Positions 57,338 to 64,000 of a DNA stretch of 64,000 nt are shown here, piece after piece. The translations under genes were made by a program, and so were the position numbers. A model generated the notes under the pieces. The model was given only the letters and a program-made list of their open reading frames with translations, did no database searches and was not told the origin of the DNA. Positions within the stretch are counted from its first letter, which is position 1. Every line of letters starts with the position of its first letter. The DNA comes from an uncultured Gammaproteobacteria bacterium (GTDB taxonomy: Bacteria; Patescibacteriota; Patescibacteriia; Magasanikbacterales; UBA922), in assembly GCA_965231005.1 (NCBI GenBank), contig OZ246405.1, positions 674,709-738,708 on the forward strand, given 5' to 3'.

Positions 57338-58639
57338 ATGCAGGAAAATGATCAGCAAAAAGAAAAAATCGTTGTTGTTGGGCTTGGATATGTTGGTCTT
57401 CCGCTTGCTGTTCTTCTTGCTAAGCATTTTTCACTTGTAGGTTTTGATATCAATGAAAAGCGCATCAAAGAATTGCAGTCTGGAATTGATCACACCAGAG
57501 AGGTAAGTTCAGAAGAATTAAAAAGCTCAAGTATTAATTTTTCTTCCAACCCAGAAGTTATCAAAGATGCTTCATTTGTGATTGTTGCTGTACCAACACC
57601 AGTGGACTCAAACAGAGTCCCAGATTTAACGATTCTCGAAAAAGCTACAGAGACTGTCGGAAATCATATTTCAAAAGGTGCTGTTGTTGTGTATGAGTCG
57701 ACTGTGTATCCCGGCGCAACAGAAGAGGTCTGCATTCCCATTTTAGAGCAAACATCTGGACTTTCTGCGGGAATAGATTTTAAAGTTGGATATTCTCCTG
57801 AGCGAGTAAATCCAGGCGATAAAAAACATACAATTGATAAAGTAACAAAAGTTGTTTCTGGAATGGATGGCGAGTCTTTAGAACGCATCGACAATGTCTA
57901 TGGTTCAATTACAAATACATATAGAGCCACTTCAATTAAAGTTGCTGAGGCTGCTAAAGTTATTGAGAATACACAACGCGATTTAAATATTGCACTTATG
58001 AATGAATTAGCAATTCTTTTTCATAAGATTGGCATAAGTGTGTATGATGTTCTAGATGCTGCAGGAACAAAGTGGAATTTTCTTCCATTTAAGCCAGGAC
58101 TTGTTGGTGGGCATTGTATTGGAGTAGATCCATATTATCTTACATATAAAGCACAATCAGTTGGTCATAATCCAGAAGTTATTTTGGCAGGAAGAGGAAT
58201 CAATGATAGTATGCATAAGTTCCTTGCTCATCAAGTAGTGAAGGAAGTAAATCAATTATATAAAGAAAAAGAATTGAGTGAACTTCAAGTTGTAATATTA
58301 GGACTAACATTTAAAGAAAATATTTCAGATATTCGAAATTCAAAAGTTGCAGGATTATATAAAGAGTTAAAAGATTTTGGTTTATCACCAGTAGTATATG
58401 ATCCAATGGCTGACCATGAGGAAGTACAGAAGGAATATGATATTGTATTGACGAAAAAAGAAGAACTTCCAAAGGCAGATGTTCTTATTGTTGCAGTAGC
58501 CCATGATGAATTTGTCCGTTTGTCAGCAGATCAAATCAAGAATATGATGAACGGACAGCGTCTGCTATTGTTTGATATCAAGCATTTATACGATAGACAA
58601 AAAATTGAAGAAAAGGGTATACTGTATTGGACACTATAG
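57338..58639 (+). CDS. nucleotide-sugar dehydrogenase (UDP-ManNAc/UDP-GlcNAc 6-dehydrogenase-like, WecC/TviB-type)
   Basis: 'KIVVVGLGYVGLPLAV', catalytic 'GGHCIGVDPYYL', 'LGLTFKENISDIRNSKV'. Confidence 0.8.
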   Translation: MQENDQQKEKIVVVGLGYVGLPLAVLLAKHFSLVGFDINEKRIKELQSGIDHTREVSSEELKSSSINFSSNPEVIKDASFVIVAVPTPVDSNRVPDLTILEKATETVGNHISKGAVVVYESTVYPGATEEVCIPILEQTSGLSAGIDFKVGYSPERVNPGDKKHTIDKVTKVVSGMDGESLERIDNVYGSITNTYRATSIKVAEAAKVIENTQRDLNIALMNELAILFHKIGISVYDVLDAAGTKWNFLPFKPGLVGGHCIGVDPYYLTYKAQSVGHNPEVILAGRGINDSMHKFLAHQVVKEVNQLYKEKELSELQVVILGLTFKENISDIRNSKVAGLYKELKDFGLSPVVYDPMADHEEVQKEYDIVLTKKEELPKADVLIVAVAHDEFVRLSADQIKNMMNGQRLLLFDIKHLYDRQKIEEKGILYWTL

Positions 58640-58656
58640 AAAAAGCTAAAAAGCCT

Positions 58657-58690
58657 TAAAGGCTAAAAAGGCTGAGTTTGGCAGCCTTTT
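58657..58690 (+). terminator. intrinsic terminator embedded in a GCCTT/AAGGC palindrome-rich spacer
   Basis: Stem GGCTG (58670-74), loop AGTTTGG, stem CAGCC (58682-86), then TTTT. Flanked by AGCCTTAAAGGCT and GCCTTTAAGGC palindromes. Confidence 0.45.
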
Positions 58691-58756
58691 GGGCCTTTAC
58701 GGCGTTTAAAGCCTATTAAGCCTTTAAGGCATTTATAGCATTTTAAGCTTTTTATT

Positions 58757-59668
58757 ATGTCACATTATCTCGTTACTGGTGGAGCAGGATTCATCGGCAC
58801 AAATATTATCAAACAATTACTTGAGCAAGGACATCAAGTGCGTGTTATTGATAATTATAGTGGGGGGAAAAAGGAAGAAAGGATGCAGCCAGGTGTTGAA
58901 TATCTTGAGGGAGATATTCGAAATATGGATGATTTAAAAAAAGCAATGGAGGGTATTGACGGTGTGTTTCATACTGCTGCAATTCCTCGCATGCCATACT
59001 CAGTAGAACATCCTCAAGAAACAAATGAAAACAATGCAACAGGAACGTTGAATGTCCTTGTTGCTGCACGTGATGCAGGTGTAAAGCGACTTGTATATAG
59101 TGCTTCATCATCAGCCTATGGGGATCAACCTGTTATGCCTCTTGTAGAAACCATGAAAACACAACCACTTAGTCCATATGGTTTGCAAAAGTACATTGGT
59201 GAAGAATATTGTCGACTATTTTCAGAATTATACAATTTTGAAACAGTTTCTCTGCGTTACTTCAATGTGTATGGTCCATATATGGATCCAGAAGGAGCAT
59301 ATGCCTTGGTGATTGGAAAATTTTTGAAGCAAAAAAAAGCTGGAGAACCAATGACTGTCTGTGGTGACGGAGAATATTACAGAGATTATACAAACGTGTT
59401 TGATATTGCTCGTGCAAATCTTTTAGCAATGACATCTGAAAAGGCGGGGAATGGTGAAGTGATAAATGTAGGAAATGGTTCACCACATTCAGTAAATCAA
59501 CTTGTAGAACTAATTGGCGGTGATTTTATAAATATCGATGCCAGAGCAGGGGATCCACGACGTACTGAAGCTGATAATAGAAAAGCGAAAGAATTTCTTG
59601 GGTGGGAACCGACTATTTCATTGAAAGAAGGAATTGATATGTTGAAAAAAGAGTGGGGAGTGGATTAG
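58757..59668 (+). CDS. NAD-dependent nucleotide-sugar epimerase/dehydratase (GalE/WbpP/TviC-like)
   Basis: 'YLVTGGAGFIGTNII'. The 'YxxxK' equivalent sits in 'PYGLQKYIGEEY'. Confidence 0.75.
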   Translation: MSHYLVTGGAGFIGTNIIKQLLEQGHQVRVIDNYSGGKKEERMQPGVEYLEGDIRNMDDLKKAMEGIDGVFHTAAIPRMPYSVEHPQETNENNATGTLNVLVAARDAGVKRLVYSASSSAYGDQPVMPLVETMKTQPLSPYGLQKYIGEEYCRLFSELYNFETVSLRYFNVYGPYMDPEGAYALVIGKFLKQKKAGEPMTVCGDGEYYRDYTNVFDIARANLLAMTSEKAGNGEVINVGNGSPHSVNQLVELIGGDFINIDARAGDPRRTEADNRKAKEFLGWEPTISLKEGIDMLKKEWGVD

Positions 59669-59684
59669 TCTACATTATTTAAAT

Positions 59685-59712
59685 ATAAAAAAAATGCCCG
59701 TAGGGCATTTTT
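59685..59712. terminator. bidirectional rho-independent terminator between convergent genes
   Basis: AAAAAATGCCC-GTA-GGGCATTTTTT: a 6-bp GC-containing stem with A-run and T-run flanks. Confidence 0.55.
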
Positions 59713-59734
59713 TCTTTGAATGATGAAAGTACCT

Positions 59735-61126
59735 TTACTGACCTTTCAATCGTATCACAACATTAACTGTTCTAAGCAATATTGATATGTCTAACAAAAG
59801 TGATTTATTTTTTATATAAAACAAGTCATATTGCAGTTTTTGTAATGATGTTTCAAGCGTATCAGTATAATGTTGGTTTACTACTGCCCATCCAGTGAGT
59901 CCTGGTTTGATAATATGTCGGAGTCCGTAATATGGCATTTTTGCTTCAAGCTGCTCAACAATTTCAGGACGTTCAGGTCGTGGACCAACCAATGTTACAT
60001 CTCCTTTGATGAGATTAATGGCTTGAGGAAGTTCATCAAGTCGAGTTTTGCGAAGAATTTTTCCTATTTTTGTGATTCTCTTATCATTTTTTTTTGCGAA
60101 TTGTACACCATCAATTTCAGCACTTCCGTCTGGTGAAAGCGAATACATTGATCTAAATTTAAACAATGTGAATGGTTTTCCATTTTTTCCTATTCTTTTT
60201 TGTTTAATAAATATTGGCCCTGGAGAGGTGAGTTTGATGAGTCCTGCAATGAATGGTAGTACAGCTAGAAAAATGATATTTAGGACAATACTGCTAAGAT
60301 AGTCAACAAGGGCTTTTGTAGCTGAATAAACTGGTTGTTGTTTGTTTTTCAAATGATCCAAAAACCATCCTTCTGAAAATGTTGATGGAGGGATCCTTCC
60401 AGTAATAATTTGATAAAAAGAAGAAAGATCAGTAATTTGGATTTTCCAAAATAGAAGTTCATATAGTTCTCTTAGTGCTTCTGGATTTTGTCGAAGGTGA
60501 GGAGCAATAACAGCGAGTCTTGCTTTATGTGTTGAAATAGCAGGACGGATTGTTTTAATACTGTGGTACACTTCTACTCCATCAATATCTTTTGAAAGAA
60601 TATGTTTTTCCGGGTCAATGATTGCAACACAACTATAGCTCTTTTCTGGATGATGTTTCATCATATCAACCAGTTCTTTTGTTTCTTTGGTATATCCAAT
60701 AAAAAGAATTTTTGTTTGCAGGGCATTTTTTCCAATGGTGTGTATATAAATCAGTCTCCAGCATAATCCAATTCCATATCCGATGAGCACGGTGAGAATA
60801 AGAACAGTTTTTGGTGTAATATCAGTAGTAGGTACTACATAGAAGAAAATAACACCAATCATAAATGATACCACTGTAGTCTCTCCAAATAGTCGGTAAG
60901 AATGGAGTGTTGCTGTGACTTTTTCTAAATCATATAGACCGCTGATAAAATTTGTTATGATCCATATGAAAAATAATGCCGAAAAAATTGGCATGTGTGC
61001 TGTAAACACGTCGTGTTCTGGAATTGCAAAATTTCGAATTGCTAGTGCAGCCCAAAGACCGACATACATTCCCAAGAGATCACCGGTTAAAAGAATCAGT
61101 TGTCTTGTTCTATAAATAAGTCGCAT
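59735..61126 (-). CDS. polyprenyl-phosphate sugar-1-phosphate transferase (WbaP/PglC-type priming phosphoglycosyltransferase, long form)
   Basis: C-terminal Bac_transf block 'LDELPQAINLIKGDVTLVGPRPERPE' and 'KPGLTGWAVVNQ'. Four or five N-terminal TM helices. Confidence 0.85.
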   Translation of the reverse strand: MRLIYRTRQLILLTGDLLGMYVGLWAALAIRNFAIPEHDVFTAHMPIFSALFFIWIITNFISGLYDLEKVTATLHSYRLFGETTVVSFMIGVIFFYVVPTTDITPKTVLILTVLIGYGIGLCWRLIYIHTIGKNALQTKILFIGYTKETKELVDMMKHHPEKSYSCVAIIDPEKHILSKDIDGVEVYHSIKTIRPAISTHKARLAVIAPHLRQNPEALRELYELLFWKIQITDLSSFYQIITGRIPPSTFSEGWFLDHLKNKQQPVYSATKALVDYLSSIVLNIIFLAVLPFIAGLIKLTSPGPIFIKQKRIGKNGKPFTLFKFRSMYSLSPDGSAEIDGVQFAKKNDKRITKIGKILRKTRLDELPQAINLIKGDVTLVGPRPERPEIVEQLEAKMPYYGLRHIIKPGLTGWAVVNQHYTDTLETSLQKLQYDLFYIKNKSLLLDISILLRTVNVVIRLKGQ

Positions 61127-61184
61127 GATTGCCCGTAAATATGTAATATAGTATACTATACATTGAATAGTTTATAGCATAGCT

Positions 61185-62588
61185 ATGAGAAAAAATCAAC
61201 TTTTGTTTGTCTCTGTCTTGAGCCTGTGTTTGCTTACGGGATTCTTTTTCTTTGGAAAACATATTGGTGCAGCAGAAGATGTTTGGATTACAATTAACAA
61301 AAATAGCACCAAAACACAGCATAGAAAAGTAAAGCTTTACATAAAAGGAATCCCAGATGCACAAGAAATGATGATTTCAAATGATTCAGGGTTCAAAGGG
61401 GCAAATTGGGAAAAATATGCTGAGACAAAAGACTGGCATTTAACATATGGAAATGGTGTAAAGCATGTATATGTAAAGTTTCTTAATAAACATGGAAATG
61501 CAACAAAGCGGTATTCAGATCAAATCCAATTAGATGTTCCTGCAAGCATGGATGTAGGTGTTAAGGTTAATAATGACACATCAGATACACAATCGCGCTA
61601 TGTAACATTGAATTTGTCGTATTCAACCGGTGTTGAGCTTATGGCAATAAGTAATGATGAAGACTTGTATGGAGTTGAATACAAACCAGTGCAGGATAAA
61701 ATTCAATGGGTCCTTAGTCCAGGTTCTGGAGAAAAAACCGTTTATGTGGAGTTCAAGGATGGAAAAGGTGCCACCAAAATTGTATATGATGCAATAAAAT
61801 TCGAAGAACAAGATCAGCATATATCAGAAGGTAGTCTTGTTCGTTCAGATAGAACGGCGATATATTATTTGGGCTATGATGGAAAATTACACCCATTCTT
61901 AAATACAGCGACCTATCATTCTTGGTTTGATGGCTTTGCAGATGTTACGACCATAAGTCCAACAGTATTGCAACAGTTTCAAATCGGTACGCCAATTTGC
62001 GTGCGACCTGCTTCGTGGCTATTGCGTTTTAGTGGTTCAGATCGCGTATATGCAGTAGAACCTGCATGTCAGCTTCGTCCACTTAGATCAGATGTTGAGG
62101 CCCAAGTGTTATATGGAAAAGATTGGTCAAATAGAGTACTTGATTTAGATTTTTTTGAAAGTAATTTTTATACAGTACATGGACTCAGTGTTGCGGATTC
62201 TGCAAATGATGTTATTGACAGTGATCATGATGGGGTACCTTGGAAAACTGAAAAAGCACAAGGTTCATCAGACGCAACACAGGATTCAGATGGTGATACG
62301 CTTTCTGATTATGAAGAAATATATTACTGGTTGAGTAATCCAAATAATCCTGACACAGATGGTGATACCTATCGAGATGGCGATGAAGTAAAAGGAGGAT
62401 ACTCACCAGTTGGAACAGGAGATTTAACAATAAGAAGTAATACATACAAGTATCCTGCAGGATCAGGATATCTTTTAGAACTTTTTGGCATTCAAGGACC
62501 ATATAGTCTTCCAATTGATTCTTCATATGATCCATATGACTCTAAAGTACCAAATACTCTTTTGAATGGAAAAATAATACGACTTTGA
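61185..62588 (+). CDS. secreted protein with C-terminal thrombospondin-type-3-like Ca-binding repeats
   Basis: Signal peptide 'MRKNQLLFVSVLSLCLLTGFFFFG'. 'DSDHDG', 'DSDGDTLSDYEE' and 'DTDGDTYRDGDE' are DxDxDG repeats. Confidence 0.45.
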   Translation: MRKNQLLFVSVLSLCLLTGFFFFGKHIGAAEDVWITINKNSTKTQHRKVKLYIKGIPDAQEMMISNDSGFKGANWEKYAETKDWHLTYGNGVKHVYVKFLNKHGNATKRYSDQIQLDVPASMDVGVKVNNDTSDTQSRYVTLNLSYSTGVELMAISNDEDLYGVEYKPVQDKIQWVLSPGSGEKTVYVEFKDGKGATKIVYDAIKFEEQDQHISEGSLVRSDRTAIYYLGYDGKLHPFLNTATYHSWFDGFADVTTISPTVLQQFQIGTPICVRPASWLLRFSGSDRVYAVEPACQLRPLRSDVEAQVLYGKDWSNRVLDLDFFESNFYTVHGLSVADSANDVIDSDHDGVPWKTEKAQGSSDATQDSDGDTLSDYEEIYYWLSNPNNPDTDGDTYRDGDEVKGGYSPVGTGDLTIRSNTYKYPAGSGYLLELFGIQGPYSLPIDSSYDPYDSKVPNTLLNGKIIRL

Positions 62589-62591
62589 TTA

Positions 62592-64000
62592 TGAAAAAAT
62601 ATATTATTGTACTCCTTATTTTTTTTGTCCCTACGATCACGTTTGGGAAAATTCCAGACGATCCACATGTTCAGCAATGGGCCTATGAGGATATTGGATT
62701 GTATGATGCATGGGATCTTGCAACTGGCTCTCACGATGTTATTGTTGCAGTTATAGACAATGGTTTTGATACATTTCATCCAGATTTTTCTGATAATATT
62801 TGGATCAACGAAGATGAAATTCGAGATAATGGAATTGATGATGACAATAATGGATATATTGATGATGTTTGGGGTTGGAATTTTATTCCCACTGACACAA
62901 ATAATGACGGAACTTTGAGTGAACAAGAATTAAAAGGAAATAATGATCCAAGACCAAATGTTGACAATTTGAGTGATGCACTAAGAAAAAATAATATTGT
63001 TCATCATGGAACCTCTGTTGCTGGTATTATTGGCGCTCGCGGTGGAAATGGATTAGATGGGGCAGGGGTAAATTGGAATGTTCGACTCATGAACCTAAAG
63101 ATTATTGAGAACGCTGGTGTTGGTAGTACGTTATATCTTGGTCCAGCAATTCGTTATGCAGTAGACAATGGTGCTGATGTTATTAATATTAGTTTAGTTG
63201 GACCAAGAACAAGGTCAGCAATTATTGATGCAATAAATTATGCATATGAACATGATGTCATGATTGTGTCTGCAGCAGGAAATGAAATGGTAAATTTGAA
63301 TCTTTCACCACGATATCCAATTTGTTCAGATATAGGACAAGAGGAAAAAGTGCTTGGTGTGAGTGCGATAGATCAAAAACATACAAGCGCAATATTTTCC
63401 AATGTTGGTTCGAATTGTGTAAATATTACTGCTCCAGGAGTAGACCTTTCAAGCACAGCACGATTTTCACCAACAAATGGATTAACAAAGCGTTTTATAA
63501 ATGGATTGTCAGGAACATCGGTTGCAACACCGCTTGTGAGCGGAGCAGCAGCACTTATTAAAAGCATTCAACCCACATGGGGACCTTCTGAAATATATTC
63601 CGCAATATTAAGTACTGTTCACAAAACGCCGCCAAAGGATGAAATACTTTATACAAATTATTTTGGCTCTGGATTGATTCAAATTGATAAAGCTGTGGCG
63701 TATGCATTGTCTCAGGCACCCAAAATAAATATTCTAAGTCGAATGACAGTGATCAATCCAGCAGATGGCTCAACCGAAACAAATACTATTAGAGAGCATT
63801 CATCTCCATTGCCATCTTCAGATGTATTAGCATCAATAGATGATATTTCTTCATTTATTCATGAAGGAAAAAGAAAGTATGTTTCTGTAAAGAAGATATC
63901 ACGGCGTACTTCACGAGTTGAACTATATGATAGTAGTTGGACAAAGGAACACGGATGGGATATTTCATCATCTGGCAAATTGCGTGTCGTTGCAGGAGAT
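62592..64000 (+). CDS. subtilisin-like serine protease (peptidase S8), 3'-truncated by the window edge
   Basis: Signal peptide 'MKKYIIVLLIFFVPTITFG'. Catalytic Asp 'VIVAVIDNG', His 'HGTSVAGIIG', Ser 'LSGTSVATPLVSGAAALI'. No stop before position 64000. Confidence 0.75.

Noticed and set aside
58640-58756. Possible CRISPR array or tRNA in the GCCTT-repeat spacer
   Set aside because: Repeat units are 5-6 bp palindromes at irregular spacing with no spacer-repeat periodicity and no cas genes. No cloverleaf-compatible 70-90 nt structure.

Overview
Low-GC (about one-third GC) bacterial DNA carrying a very large surface-glycan biosynthesis locus. Roughly 53 kb (positions 1-53413) are transcribed from the + strand as about 55 tightly packed genes, many with ATGA or TAATG stop/start overlaps. 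In order, the locus holds: (i) SAM/FkbM-type methyltransferases and two GT4 glycosyltransferases. (ii) A Dlt-like carrier-protein acylation module: AcpS-type PPTase, FkbH-like loader, ACP, MaoC dehydratase, SDR reductase, MBOAT, DltD-like protein and two tandem SGNH proteins. (iii) A hydroxy-acid activation module: HTH regulator, D-2-hydroxyacid dehydrogenase, LicC-like cytidylyltransferase, Ldh_2 dehydrogenase, two TylF-type O-methyltransferases flanking an AsnB-like amidotransferase, an SDR, a MOFRL-type glycerate 2-kinase and a CDP-alcohol phosphotransferase. (iv) Four tandem ulosonic (sialic-like) acid modules: 4 NeuB-family synthases, 4 NeuA-family CMP-transferases, 2 NeuC-type hydrolysing 2-epimerases, a PseB-like 4,6-dehydratase, a SIS isomerase, a KdsC-like and an IMPase-family phosphatase, and several SDRs. 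Each module is paired with a paralogous GT-B-fold (TagB/TagF- or KpsC/KpsS-like) transferase, and the set includes a fused ABC exporter. A sharply GC-rich roughly 2.2 kb island (about 53.46-55.70 kb) carries two minus-strand genes and interrupts the locus. After it come two nucleotide-sugar 6-dehydrogenases, a GalE-like epimerase, a convergent WbaP-type priming phosphoglycosyltransferase, a secreted TSP3-repeat protein and a 3'-truncated S8 subtilase. No rRNA, tRNA, CRISPR array or recognisable transposase or integrase was seen. All functional calls rest on motif recognition by eye.
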